Assembly: GCA_030621865.1 (NCBI GenBank)
Contig: JAUXGW010000001.1
Location: 1-61,842 of the forward strand
DNA length: 61,842 nt
Direction: 5' to 3'
Origin: Actinomycetes bacterium
Lineage (GTDB): Bacteria; Actinomycetota; Acidimicrobiia; Acidimicrobiales; Microtrichaceae
The notes beneath the pieces were generated by a model. That model searched no databases. It had not been told where the DNA came from and saw only the letters and a list, made by a program, of their open reading frames with translations. Position 1 is the stretch's first letter. Each line of letters opens with the position of its first letter. Position numbers and translations under genes: made by a program. Shown in pieces: positions 38,587 to 47,652 of this stretch.

Positions 38587-38722
38587 GGCGCGTACTGAGC
38601 CGCATGTCACTCCCCTTTTTGCCGCCCAGCAGTGCCCTAAGTACGATCTTGTTACTGCGTTCACAAGCGGGCGACACCTCAGTTCCGCCTGTGGTGTGCA
38701 TCAACATCGAGGAGCAAACAAG

Positions 38723-38977
38723 GTGCAAGGCGTCATCAAGTCCTTTGATCCTTCAACGGGCGACGGAATCGTCGTTCAGGACACGGACTTCAGTGAATAC
38801 GACTTGGCTGCCGACGCCCTCGAAGGTTCGATTCTCAGAATGCTCAGACAAGGGCAACGAGTCCGATTCGAACTCAACGGTGACGGTTTGGCCACCGGGC
38901 TCAACCTCGGCTCGGAGATCGACATGGGCACACCCGAGTTCAAGGGACACGCGGAGCCCGCACCCGAAATCTCCTGA
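38723..38977 (+). CDS. Small cold-shock-domain-like beta-barrel protein with degenerate RNP motifs
   Basis: '(M)QGVIKSFDPSTGDGIVV......DL.....L......L..GQRVRFEL' parallels CspA 'GxVKWFNxxKGFGFI' but lacks the aromatic residues. GTG 38723 has GAGGAG 8 nt upstream. Confidence 0.45.
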   Translation: MQGVIKSFDPSTGDGIVVQDTDFSEYDLAADALEGSILRMLRQGQRVRFELNGDGLATGLNLGSEIDMGTPEFKGHAEPAPEIS

Positions 38978-39016
38978 CCGCGACGGCGGAAACAACTCAG
39001 CTGGAGGAACAGCACA

Positions 39017-40816
39017 ATGCCAGGATCCACTACCAACCAGAAGCTTCTCGACTGGGTTTCCGAATGGGAAGCCATTCTCGAACCGAGCGATGTCTACTGG
39101 TGCGACGGCACCGCGCAGGAATATGACCGGCTGGCCCAGATGCTCGTCGACGGCGGAACCTTCGAGAAGCTGGACGACGCCAAGCGTCCGAACAGCTACC
39201 TCGCCCTGTCGGATCCCTCCGACGTGGCTCGCGTGGAGGATCGAACGTTCATTGCCTGCGAGAACGAAATCGATGCCGGACCCACCAACAACTGGCGCGC
39301 GCCCAACGAACTCCGCGCCGAGATGCTGGAGTTGTACAAGGGCTCCATGAAGGGTCGCACCATGTATGTGGTGCCTTTCTCGATGGGTCCGCTCGGATCC
39401 CCGATCGCCCACATCGGTGTCGAACTCACCGACTCGCCATATGTGGTCGTGTCGATGTGCATCATGACCCGCATGGGACAGGGTGCGCTGGACGCCCTCG
39501 GCGACGGCGAGTTCGTGCCATGTGTCCACTCGGTCGGTTACCCGCTGGTGGATGCTGACGGCAACGAGCGCGCCGACGTGCCCTGGCCCTGCAACGACGA
39601 GAAGTACATCTCGCACTTCCCCGAGACCCGCGAGATCTGGAGCTACGGCTCCGGATACGGCGGCAACGCCCTGCTGGGCAAGAAGTGCTTTGCGTTGCGA
39701 ATCGCATCCACAATGGCCAGGGACGAAGGCTGGATGGCCGAGCACATGCTGATCCTCGGAATCACTCCCCCCGAGGGCGAGACCACATACGTGGCGGCAG
39801 CGTTCCCGTCCGCTTGCGGCAAGACCAACATGGCGATGCTCGTCCCGACGCTGCCCGGCTGGAAGGTCGAAACCATTGGCGACGACATTGCATGGATGAA
39901 GTTCGGCGAGGACGGCCGCCTGTACGCGATCAACCCTGAAGCCGGGTTCTTCGGTGTGGCACCCGGAACCTCGAATGAGTCCAACCTCAACGCCATGGTT
40001 TCCCTGGAAAGCAATTCCATATTCACCAACGTGGCCAAGACCGATGACGGTGACATCTGGTGGGAAGAGATGTCCTATCCGCCCGAGCATCTGATCGACT
40101 GGAAGGGCAACGACTGGAGTCCTGATTCGGAAACCCCGGCGGCACATCCCAACGCTCGTTTCACAGCCCCGGCCTCGCAGTGCCCGTCGATATCGCCGAA
40201 GTGGGAAGACCCGGCGGGTGTTCCCATCTCGGCGATCCTCTTCGGTGGTCGCCGTGCAACCAACGTGCCTCTGGTGACCGAGGCGCGCGACTGGACGCAC
40301 GGCACATTCCTCGGAGCCATCATGAGCTCGGAGAAGACCGCAGCCGCAGCCGGAGCAATCGGTCAGGTCCGGTTCGATCCGTACGCAATGTTGCCCTTCA
40401 TGGGATACAACGTGGGCGATTTCATCCAGAACTACCTGGACATCGGAGCTTCAACCGACGCCGACAACCTTCCCAGGATCTACTGGGTCAACTGGTTCCG
40501 CAAGGACGGCGAGGGCAACTTCATCTGGCCGGGATTCGGCGAGAACAGCCGGGTCCTGGAGTGGATCGTCGACCGCGTCAACGGCGATGCCGATGCCACC
40601 GAGACCGCCATCGGACTTGTTCCGACGGCTGACTCCCTCGACACCGACGGCATCGACATCGCGGATCAGGACCTCGAAACCCTCCTCAGCGTGGACAACG
40701 ATGCCTGGAAGGGCGAGCTGGAACTGATCGAGGATCACTTCAACTTCATCGGTGAACGCCTGCCGGCCGAGATGCGTGAGCAACTCGACGACCTGCGTAC
40801 CCGCCTGTCGCAGTAG
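39017..40816 (+). CDS. pckG: Phosphoenolpyruvate carboxykinase (GTP)
   Basis: 599 aa. 'FSMGPLGSP', '[18 protein letters not shown]', '[12 protein letters not shown]' P-loop, '[21 protein letters not shown]'. Confidence 0.97.
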   Translation: MPGSTTNQKLLDWVSEWEAILEPSDVYWCDGTAQEYDRLAQMLVDGGTFEKLDDAKRPNSYLALSDPSDVARVEDRTFIACENEIDAGPTNNWRAPNELRAEMLELYKGSMKGRTMYVVPFSMGPLGSPIAHIGVELTDSPYVVVSMCIMTRMGQGALDALGDGEFVPCVHSVGYPLVDADGNERADVPWPCNDEKYISHFPETREIWSYGSGYGGNALLGKKCFALRIASTMARDEGWMAEHMLILGITPPEGETTYVAAAFPSACGKTNMAMLVPTLPGWKVETIGDDIAWMKFGEDGRLYAINPEAGFFGVAPGTSNESNLNAMVSLESNSIFTNVAKTDDGDIWWEEMSYPPEHLIDWKGNDWSPDSETPAAHPNARFTAPASQCPSISPKWEDPAGVPISAILFGGRRATNVPLVTEARDWTHGTFLGAIMSSEKTAAAAGAIGQVRFDPYAMLPFMGYNVGDFIQNYLDIGASTDADNLPRIYWVNWFRKDGEGNFIWPGFGENSRVLEWIVDRVNGDADATETAIGLVPTADSLDTDGIDIADQDLETLLSVDNDAWKGELELIEDHFNFIGERLPAEMREQLDDLRTRLSQ

Positions 40817-40830
40817 CCCTGTCGTAATAG
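40804..40830. repeat. Degenerate tandem copy of the pckG 3' end, including the stop
   Basis: cctgtcgcagtag (40804-40816), then c, then cctgtcgtaatag (40818-40830). 11/13 identity, 14-nt offset. Confidence 0.6.
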
Positions 40831-40883
40831 TCGAGCGCGGAGAACCTGACCCAAATACCGTTGGGTTGGGATGGCGGGGCGGA

Positions 40884-41897
40884 TCAGCCAAGCGGGAGCC
40901 GCTCGGACAGGATCCTCCACAGTTCAGGCTTGGCATCCGGGTCCAGGAGGTTGAGGGCCTTCACACCGGTCAAGCGCTCCACCAGTGTCACAGCAGCCTG
41001 TGTGCTGGTGGCCTTGCCCGCAATGAGGTCCGGCGTTATCCCGAAAGCCGACATCACGCCTTGTGCCGCGTATGGGTCGGTCGCGCAAAGGATCACGCAA
41101 CGGGTGTGGGGTTGCAGCCGCCGCACACAGGCGTCACCGTTGTACGGCTCGAGAGGCGATGCACCGGCCTCCACCACGGAGACGTCTGGTTCCAGAGCCG
41201 CGATAGAGGAAAGCAGCGGTTCCAACGCGCGCCCGTACTCTTGCGCCGGCACGACTGTGGACGGCAGTCCCGCGTCGCAGAAGTCGAACACCTGCTCCGC
41301 CCCCGCATCACGCATGGACAACACGTCGCGATAGCGGCCCACGCCGGTGAGCTTGCTGGCCACCACGCGGTAACCCCGCTTGTTGAGCGAGCGGATCACC
41401 TTCTGGGCAGCAAAGGTCTTCCCTGCATCCATCGAGGTTCCGATGATCAGTACCGTCGGCACGTCGTAGGTCTGCGGTTGCGGACTCAGTGCGAACTGGT
41501 CCATTGCCAGCGGCCCGTCCGCCCCGCGCAGATGCCCCTGGTACTCCAGCGGGATCACGGGCCGTGCAAAGGGGGACCGCGACGTGCAGCGACCTATCAC
41601 ACCCGCCATGCTCAAGGCCTCGAGGCGAAGGTCGTCGCCGATGGCGGTCCAGTCACCGACACACTCGAGCGTGGCGGCGCGGGTACCCAGCGCGCCGATG
41701 ATGAGGTCTCCGGGCACCACCGAGCTGACACGGCCGTCGACGAGTTCGATCTCGTACGGCAAAACCTCATCGCCGACGACTGTGGCCGCCAGGTACTGAC
41801 CGCGCCGCCACGATCCCCGCTCAAGTGCGGCAATCTCAAAGTTGCCGGGAGTCAGATCGGCGATCCGAGTGACACTCGTGAAGTGGAAGTAGGTCAT
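40884..41897 (-). CDS. Uncharacterised protein: N-terminal beta-rich domain plus a DTBS/CobQ-like P-loop NTPase domain
   Basis: 'VLIIGTSMDAGKTFAAQKVIRSLNKRGYRVVASKLTGVG' parallels BioD/CobQ 'GTxTxVGKT....L.....G......KPVasG'. ATG 41897 overlaps the M20 stop (ATGA). The 791-aa track ORF is an artefact. Confidence 0.45.
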   Translation of the reverse strand: MTYFHFTSVTRIADLTPGNFEIAALERGSWRRGQYLAATVVGDEVLPYEIELVDGRVSSVVPGDLIIGALGTRAATLECVGDWTAIGDDLRLEALSMAGVIGRCTSRSPFARPVIPLEYQGHLRGADGPLAMDQFALSPQPQTYDVPTVLIIGTSMDAGKTFAAQKVIRSLNKRGYRVVASKLTGVGRYRDVLSMRDAGAEQVFDFCDAGLPSTVVPAQEYGRALEPLLSSIAALEPDVSVVEAGASPLEPYNGDACVRRLQPHTRCVILCATDPYAAQGVMSAFGITPDLIAGKATSTQAAVTLVERLTGVKALNLLDPDAKPELWRILSERLPLG

Positions 41898-43108
41898 TGC
41901 CGGTCTTCCTGATCTTGTCCGTTCGATTCTTGCCGGCCTGCACCATCTGGTACCGGTGATGCCAACAGGAGGGTGAGCAGGGAGGCGCGTTCGGGCATCT
42001 TCGAGAGTCGGATGTGTTCGTGGGGAGCATGTGCACCATCGCCCACGCCACCGAGGCCGTCCAGGGTGGCGGTGTGCTGGCTGGTGAGGTTGCCGTCGGA
42101 TGCGCCACCCACGAACGCCTCCCCGAGGTCCAGTCCCAGCTCCTTGGCGGCTTTCTCCGCCGTGTGCCACAGATGACGATTGCGGCGGGTCGGCTCCATC
42201 GGTGGCCGTCCGAATCCACCTTCCACCTCGATCTCGATTCCCTCCTGGATGGGCTCCAGGGCCCCCAGAGCCTCCTCGATGCGGTGGGCGTCGCCGTGTG
42301 TGGGGACCCGGCAGTCGATCTCGGCGCTGGCCTCGGGGGCGACGACGTTCGGCCGTAGTCCACCATCCACGGTTCCCACGTTCACGGTGACACCCCGTTC
42401 GGGGTCGTTCAGTTCGAACAGGCGTTGGATCTGCTGGGAGATCTCGAGTACGGCGCTGACGCCGCTGTCGGGATCCAGTCCGGCATGCGCGGCGACTCCC
42501 TTGACCCTCAAGCGGAAGCGCCCGACTCCCTTGCGGGCCGTCTTCAGGTCGCCGCCAGGACCCAGGGAACCTTCGAGGACGAAGGCGCGCACTGCGACGC
42601 TCGCCAGCTCGGCGATCAGTTGCCCCGACTCGGGTGACCCGATCTCCTCGTCGCTGTTTATCAGAACCACGGGTTCGGCGGGAACAGCGATACCGAGGTC
42701 CCGGAGGCATCGCAACGAGAAGAGCATCTGGACCAGTCCCGACTTCATGTCGAAGGTCCCGGGCCCGGCCAGCACGTCGTCGGTTCGCTCCACCGGCATG
42801 GTCTGAAGGGTCCCCAGTGGCCACACCGTGTCGAGGTGTCCGAGCAGCAGCTGCGTGGGGGAGTCGGCTCGGGTGTGCTCGGGTCGCGCCATCAGGTGGT
42901 CTCCGCTGTCTTGACCGGAAACGATTTCGGGGCGCATGCCGGCTTCCTGCAACTGGGTCTCGAGGAGGTCTCGGACCCCGTGGTGCGATGTTGGATCGTT
43001 GGTGGGGGATTCCTGTCCGGCCAGATCGATCAGGAGCGCCGCCATCTCGTCGGCCCGTTCCTGCATCCACGACCGCACCGCGGCAGGGTCTGCGCGCGTT
43101 GTGGTCAT
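41894..43108 (-). CDS. M20-family metallopeptidase (carboxypeptidase G2 / ArgE-DapE-like)
   Basis: 'LLLGHLDTVWP', 'GPGTFDMKSG', 'NSDEEIGSP', dimerisation insert, 'GGASDGN'. ATG 43108 overlaps the upstream stop (ATGA). Confidence 0.85.
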   Translation of the reverse strand: MTTTRADPAAVRSWMQERADEMAALLIDLAGQESPTNDPTSHHGVRDLLETQLQEAGMRPEIVSGQDSGDHLMARPEHTRADSPTQLLLGHLDTVWPLGTLQTMPVERTDDVLAGPGTFDMKSGLVQMLFSLRCLRDLGIAVPAEPVVLINSDEEIGSPESGQLIAELASVAVRAFVLEGSLGPGGDLKTARKGVGRFRLRVKGVAAHAGLDPDSGVSAVLEISQQIQRLFELNDPERGVTVNVGTVDGGLRPNVVAPEASAEIDCRVPTHGDAHRIEEALGALEPIQEGIEIEVEGGFGRPPMEPTRRNRHLWHTAEKAAKELGLDLGEAFVGGASDGNLTSQHTATLDGLGGVGDGAHAPHEHIRLSKMPERASLLTLLLASPVPDGAGRQESNGQDQEDRQ

Positions 43109-43698
43109 CGATGGAATCCGGCCGGGAACGGGAAGGAGAACGTGTCTGCGATGCTGGCGAACCGGTTGGGTGACACGAAAGCGAGCAGGGGCGAGTGCTC
43201 CAGCTGTTCGGCACCGTCCATGTCCGGTGAGCGCACCGAGTCGCGTGCGCACGCGGCACGTACTATCCGGCCGACTATGAGGCCGTGGCGCCCGAACCCG
43301 TCGACGATCCGATCCAGTGTGCACTCCAGGTGCAGGTAGGAACCGGCGAGGTGAATACCGCCCACCTCGGTGGCGGGGAAGGTCTCAAGTAGCTCCAGCG
43401 TGAGCTTCTCTCCTTCCACACGCGCCCCTGCCGACTGCCCGATCATGACCACGCTGTCGGGACGCAAATAGCTGACGGTGAACTCCCGGTACGCCTCGAT
43501 ATTGGTCCAGGTGTGGTGCTCGGGGGTGCAGGCGAAAGTGAAGAATTCGCCGAAACCGATCGGCATTGCCAAGTGCTTGGGAGCGAGGTCGTAGCCGTCA
43601 CCCTCCTTCGTGCCGACGAGCACCAGGGGTGCCACAGTGTGGACCTCGTCCCAAATCGAGCGGCCGGGGTCGAGTTCGACGAGTTCTGGTTCGTTCAC
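43105..43698 (-). CDS. Flavin-reductase-like (FMN-binding split-barrel) protein
   Basis: 'VAPLVLVGT..GDGYDLAPKHLAMPIG....FTFAC.P..HT..NI....EFTVSYL' pattern of the PF01613-type family, judged by eye. GTG start. Confidence 0.55.
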   Translation of the reverse strand: MNEPELVELDPGRSIWDEVHTVAPLVLVGTKEGDGYDLAPKHLAMPIGFGEFFTFACTPEHHTWTNIEAYREFTVSYLRPDSVVMIGQSAGARVEGEKLTLELLETFPATEVGGIHLAGSYLHLECTLDRIVDGFGRHGLIVGRIVRAACARDSVRSPDMDGAEQLEHSPLLAFVSPNRFASIADTFSFPFPAGFHR

Positions 43699-43789
43699 AC
43701 TCCAAGTACAGCACAGCCCCTACTGGCAAGGCTTGCCGGGAGCGCGCCCGAAACCACCGTCCCACGAACCAGACTCACCGGTATCGTGT

Positions 43790-45040
43790 CTAACCCCGGC
43801 CCATCGTGGATTCCGCGGCGTTGTAAGCGGTCTCGGCGTGCTGGGACAGATCCAGGCCCGTTACTTCTTCCTCTTCGGACACCCGAACACCGATGATTGC
43901 GTCGAGCACCTTCAAGATGATCACCGTGACCACGAACGAGAACACGATGGTGACTGCGTTGGCGATGGCCTGCTCCCCGAGCAGTCCCGCGCCGCCACCG
44001 TGGAACAGACCGGCTTCGTTGTCCTGACCAAGAGCACCGGGCTCGGCGAAGAGTCCGATGAGCAGCGAACCAACGAGTCCGCCCACCAGGTGGATTCCCA
44101 CCACATCGAGGCTGTCGTCATAACCAACCTTGAACTTCAGGCTCACGGCGAACGCACAGATGATCCCGGCGGCCGCCCCGATCAGCATCGAAGAAGTTCC
44201 CGTCACGAAACCGGCGGCAGGAGTGATGGCCACCAGGCCGGCCACGATGCCCGAAGCGGCACCGAGATTGGTTATGTGGCCGTCCTTGACCTTCTCCAGG
44301 AGTGCCCAGGCCAGACCGCCGGCGGCAGCGGCAAAGAATGTGTTGGCGAACGCCTGCACGGCAATGCCGTCGGCGGCAAGCGCAGACCCGGCGTTGAAGC
44401 CGAACCAGCCGAACCAGAGGATGCCCGTACCGATCATCACCAGGGGCATGGAGTGCGGTGGATGACCTTCGGACGGCCAACCCTTCCGTTTGCCGACCAC
44501 CAACGCGGCGGCCAACGCGGCGATGCCGGCGTTGACGTGAATTGCGGTTCCACCGGCGAAGTCGAGTGAGCCACGAGCGCCGAGCCAGCCAGTGACGCCT
44601 TCATCACCAGAACCTCCATAGACCCAGAAGACGACCGGCACATAGACGAACAGACTCCAGAGGGGAACGAACCAGGCCCAGGCGGAGAACTTCATGCGGT
44701 CGGCCACGGCACCGGAAATCAGCGCAGGTGTGATCGAGGCGAACGTACCGAGATATACGAGGATCAGGAGCGTTTCGCCGCCGTCCTCGGTGACGTCCAT
44801 GCCCCGCAAGAAGGCGAAGTCGAAGTTTCCGATGATGGTGCCGCTGCCACCGAAGGCCAACGAGTAGCCCAGCAGTCCCCACACGATCGGGATGATGAGG
44901 ACACACCAGAAGCTCATCATCAACATGTTGAGGACGTTGCGACCCCGGTCCATTCCCCCGTAGAAGAAGGCCAGGCCGGGTGTCATGAACAAAACCATCG
45001 CTGCTGAGATGAGCAGCCACGCAGTAGTACCTGAATCCAT
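43790..45040 (-). CDS. amt: Ammonium transporter
   Basis: 416 aa. 'MTPGLAFFYGGM', 'DFAGGTAIH', 'LDVVGIHLVGG' Amt/MEP signatures. About 11 TM segments. Confidence 0.95.
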   Translation of the reverse strand: MDSGTTAWLLISAAMVLFMTPGLAFFYGGMDRGRNVLNMLMMSFWCVLIIPIVWGLLGYSLAFGGSGTIIGNFDFAFLRGMDVTEDGGETLLILVYLGTFASITPALISGAVADRMKFSAWAWFVPLWSLFVYVPVVFWVYGGSGDEGVTGWLGARGSLDFAGGTAIHVNAGIAALAAALVVGKRKGWPSEGHPPHSMPLVMIGTGILWFGWFGFNAGSALAADGIAVQAFANTFFAAAAGGLAWALLEKVKDGHITNLGAASGIVAGLVAITPAAGFVTGTSSMLIGAAAGIICAFAVSLKFKVGYDDSLDVVGIHLVGGLVGSLLIGLFAEPGALGQDNEAGLFHGGGAGLLGEQAIANAVTIVFSFVVTVIILKVLDAIIGVRVSEEEEVTGLDLSQHAETAYNAAESTMGRG

Positions 45041-45135
45041 GTCTGAGAGATCCCCCTGATCTGCCGTTGATCGGCGCCTGTGAAGCTATCCGATCAGAGG
45101 GAGGGGACACGCCGATTCCGGCTCGGATCCGATGG

Positions 45136-45175
45136 ACTCAGCCGACCAGCATGGCTGTACTCAGCCGACCAGCAT
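45136..45175. repeat. 17-nt direct duplication (6-nt spacer) of the 3' end plus stop of the small membrane-protein gene
   Basis: actcagccgaccagcat occurs at 45136-45152 and 45159-45175. The real stop (complement) is at 45161-45163. Offset 23 nt. Confidence 0.9.
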
Positions 45176-45526
45176 CGCCCGGATTCCCAAACCCATCAGG
45201 AACAAGCCCCCGAACCCGTACAGGAGGTATTGCCATGCCCGAATCTGGAATCGGTAGCTGTAGAGAAGGGCGACCGTGATCAGAGCCACGAACCCATAGA
45301 ACATGTGGAACTGCGGGGCCTTGATGCCCTCGCCGGCGACCATGATCACCCCGAGAACCACTTGCACGGCGATCGTCGTCTCGGCGAGGCCGACGAACCA
45401 CCACAGGGCCTTGACCCGCAGGGCCGGCAACCAGTGGGCTCCCAGGCACCACAATCCGGCGAGGGCGTTGGAGAAGATGACCATCCACGCCCATTCGGTG
45501 TGGAATTGAAGAACACTGGCGAACAC
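45161..45526 (-). CDS. Small polytopic membrane protein, family unknown
   Basis: About 4 hydrophobic segments ('VFASVLQFHTEWAWMVIFSNALAGLWCLG...'). GTG 45526 is placed after the PIG-L stop. Start uncertain. Confidence 0.5.
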   Translation of the reverse strand: MFASVLQFHTEWAWMVIFSNALAGLWCLGAHWLPALRVKALWWFVGLAETTIAVQVVLGVIMVAGEGIKAPQFHMFYGFVALITVALLYSYRFQIRAWQYLLYGFGGLFLMGLGIRAMLVG

Positions 45527-45554
45527 GGATGGCGAGCCTATAGGTGAGCCGGCA

Positions 45555-46394
45555 TCACCAGACAGCTGGGCGCAGAGGTTCGCCCTCTGTGCGGGGTTTG
45601 CCCGTTTCGATGAACCACTCGGTTCCGAACGCCCTGAGGAACATCTCATCCTCCATTTTCAGGAACCAGGAGTCGGCTGAGATCTGACTCTCGTGGGCCA
45701 CCATTGCTGCCCGTTTGGCGGCGATGAAGTCGGACACGTCGAGGCCGTGGGTGATCTCCGCTTCCGGTGTTCCCATGTTCTCATCGGGCTCGGGAACGTC
45801 CACACCATCGGCAGCTTCTTCCGCGGCAAGGGTGGCGACCTCAGCGAGGGCGTTGCGGATCTGGTCACGGTTCATCGTGGCCTCGAACACCCGCTGGACT
45901 CCGGCTTTCTCAGCTGCGGCCAGACCGACGCGATGAACCTGGATGTGATCCGGATGCCCGTATCCACCATGGTCGTCATAGACGGTGAGGATATCGGCCT
46001 GTTCTTCTTCGAGGATCGCAGCCAGTCGATTGGATGCCTGATCCACATCGGCCTGCCAGAAGCAATAGGGGAAGTCATTGCTCGGCTCCCCCATCATCCC
46101 CGAGTCGACGTACCCGAGGAATTCCACACGATCCGCGCCGAGCACCTCAGCCGACTTGAACGTCTCCGGAATGCGCCGCTCCCACAGGGCCTCGCCGTCG
46201 CCAAGAACTCCGGGCTGGGGTTCGCCCCGCTCCCCTCGCGTTGCAATCACGAGGACAACCCGGCCGCCGGCGGCGCTTGTCTGGGCCATGAAGCCACCAG
46301 TGATTATGGCCTCATCGTCCGGGTGAGCGTGGAAGCAAACGAGAGTTGACACACCGGGAACGCTACACGGCCGGAATCGCTCAACTCTGTGCAT
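45555..46394 (-). CDS. PIG-L/LmbE-family deacetylase (MshB/Mca-like)
   Basis: 'LVCFHAHPDDEAI..GG', 'H.DH' motifs. Start ambiguous: ATG 46394 or GTG 46352. Confidence 0.8.
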   Translation of the reverse strand: MHRVERFRPCSVPGVSTLVCFHAHPDDEAIITGGFMAQTSAAGGRVVLVIATRGERGEPQPGVLGDGEALWERRIPETFKSAEVLGADRVEFLGYVDSGMMGEPSNDFPYCFWQADVDQASNRLAAILEEEQADILTVYDDHGGYGHPDHIQVHRVGLAAAEKAGVQRVFEATMNRDQIRNALAEVATLAAEEAADGVDVPEPDENMGTPEAEITHGLDVSDFIAAKRAAMVAHESQISADSWFLKMEDEMFLRAFGTEWFIETGKPRTEGEPLRPAVW

Positions 46395-47652
46395 GGTGAT
46401 CGCGGGCACGGTCTGCCTGCGCCATCACTTCGAAGCGTCGACTGAACCACAACACGGCAGTTGCAATCACCAGCAGCACCCCTGAGGCCACCGTGACCGC
46501 CCGCAGGCCGATCCGTTCCGCAATCAGTCCCCAGAAGAACAGGCCAATCGGCAATGAACCCGTGAGGCACATCAGGTACAGCGCAATCACTCTGCCGCGA
46601 AGGTCATCGCGAACCACCAGTTGGATCGTCGTGTTGATCGTGGATGCGATACCCAGGTAGCTCCCTCCGAAGACCATGAGGGCAATGATCGCAAACCAGT
46701 ATCCGGGTGAGAGCCCGACCAGGGCGGTGGCGATTCCGTAGAGCCCCATGGAACCGGCAAGCAACCGCGCTCGGGGCATCCGGGGTGCCACCTTGAGGAA
46801 CAAGGGTGCAAAGAGCAGGGACCCGATTCCGGCTGCACCGAAGAGAAGGCCGAGGGTGAATCCGGTGGTGGTGAATTCTTCTTCCCCGTACACCGCAAGA
46901 AAACTGAACAGTGGGGAACCAAGACCGGCCACGATGATTATCGAGATGCAGCACGCCACGATCGCCGGCTGGGAACGCATGTAGCGCGCCGCCCGGAGCA
47001 GAGACGCCATGGCGCGCTCCCCCACCTGTGATCCGGGCGGCGCCTCATTGCCTGCGGAGCGAATGACAATCAACACACCGACCACGGCCACGAAAGTGAC
47101 CATGTTGATCAGAAAGGCCATCTCAACCCCGCCCGCGGCGATCACCAGGCCGGCCAGAAACGGTCCCAGTGCCCGTGCGGCATTGAACTGCGTGCTGTTC
47201 AGCGTGACGGCGCCCAGCAGCAGGCTCCGGGGGACCAGTTCGGCCACGAACGCCTGCCATACCGGCACCGACAATCCACCGAGCAGACCGGACAAGAACG
47301 CAACAGCTGTGATGGAGGCCACCGACGCGGCATCCGAGGACACCAGAATCCACAATGCTCCCGCAGTGACCATCAGGAGAATCTGCGTGAGGAGCAACAA
47401 CTTCCGACGGGCATACCGGTCGGCAAGAGTTCCGCCGACCGCCCCCATCACCATGAATGGCAGATACTGAAACAGTCCGGTCGTGCCTACAGCCGCAGTT
47501 TTGCCGGAGATTTCGAAGACGGCGAAGGGGATGGCCGCGTTCTGCATCCAGGTGCCAGTATTGGAAATGAGTGCGGCGATCCAGAATCTGCGGAAGTCGC
47601 GGACCCCGAGAGCTGTTCCCGGTGATTCGCTCAGCGCCGGAGAATCAGTCAG
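46381..47652 (-). CDS. MFS transporter (EntS/DUF894-like)
   Basis: 12-TM pattern. The conserved TM1 motif 'FRRFWIAALISNTGTWM' lies upstream of the track's ATG 47547 and is reachable only from CTG 47652 (or CTG 47634). Confidence 0.8.
   Translation of the reverse strand: MTDSPALSESPGTALGVRDFRRFWIAALISNTGTWMQNAAIPFAVFEISGKTAAVGTTGLFQYLPFMVMGAVGGTLADRYARRKLLLLTQILLMVTAGALWILVSSDAASVASITAVAFLSGLLGGLSVPVWQAFVAELVPRSLLLGAVTLNSTQFNAARALGPFLAGLVIAAGGVEMAFLINMVTFVAVVGVLIVIRSAGNEAPPGSQVGERAMASLLRAARYMRSQPAIVACCISIIIVAGLGSPLFSFLAVYGEEEFTTTGFTLGLLFGAAGIGSLLFAPLFLKVAPRMPRARLLAGSMGLYGIATALVGLSPGYWFAIIALMVFGGSYLGIASTINTTIQLVVRDDLRGRVIALYLMCLTGSLPIGLFFWGLIAERIGLRAVTVASGVLLVIATAVLWFSRRFEVMAQADRARDHHAQS

Noticed and set aside
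38585-38722. N-terminal 46-codon extension (TTG 38585) of the CSD-like gene
   Set aside because: The extension is Cys/His-rich with non-coding-like composition and begins inside the rpmB terminator hairpin. GTG 38723 has a well-spaced GAGGAG.
38753-40300. 515-aa minus-strand ORF
   Set aside because: It is entirely antisense to pckG, whose product is unmistakable. The translation is low-complexity and Arg/Gly/Val-rich, typical of shadow ORFs in high-GC DNA.
40884-43259. 791-aa ORF
   Set aside because: The N-terminal 450 or so codons are an out-of-frame overlap of the M20 peptidase gene (Arg/Pro/Gly-rich). The real gene starts at ATG 41897, coupled to the M20 stop.
45041-45160. GlnR or AmtR-type operator upstream of amt
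   Set aside because: Only weak CTGATC/GATCAG symmetry with a roughly 31-nt spacer is present. There is no match to the gTnAc-N6-GaAAc or CTAT-N6-ATAG consensus that I could support by eye.
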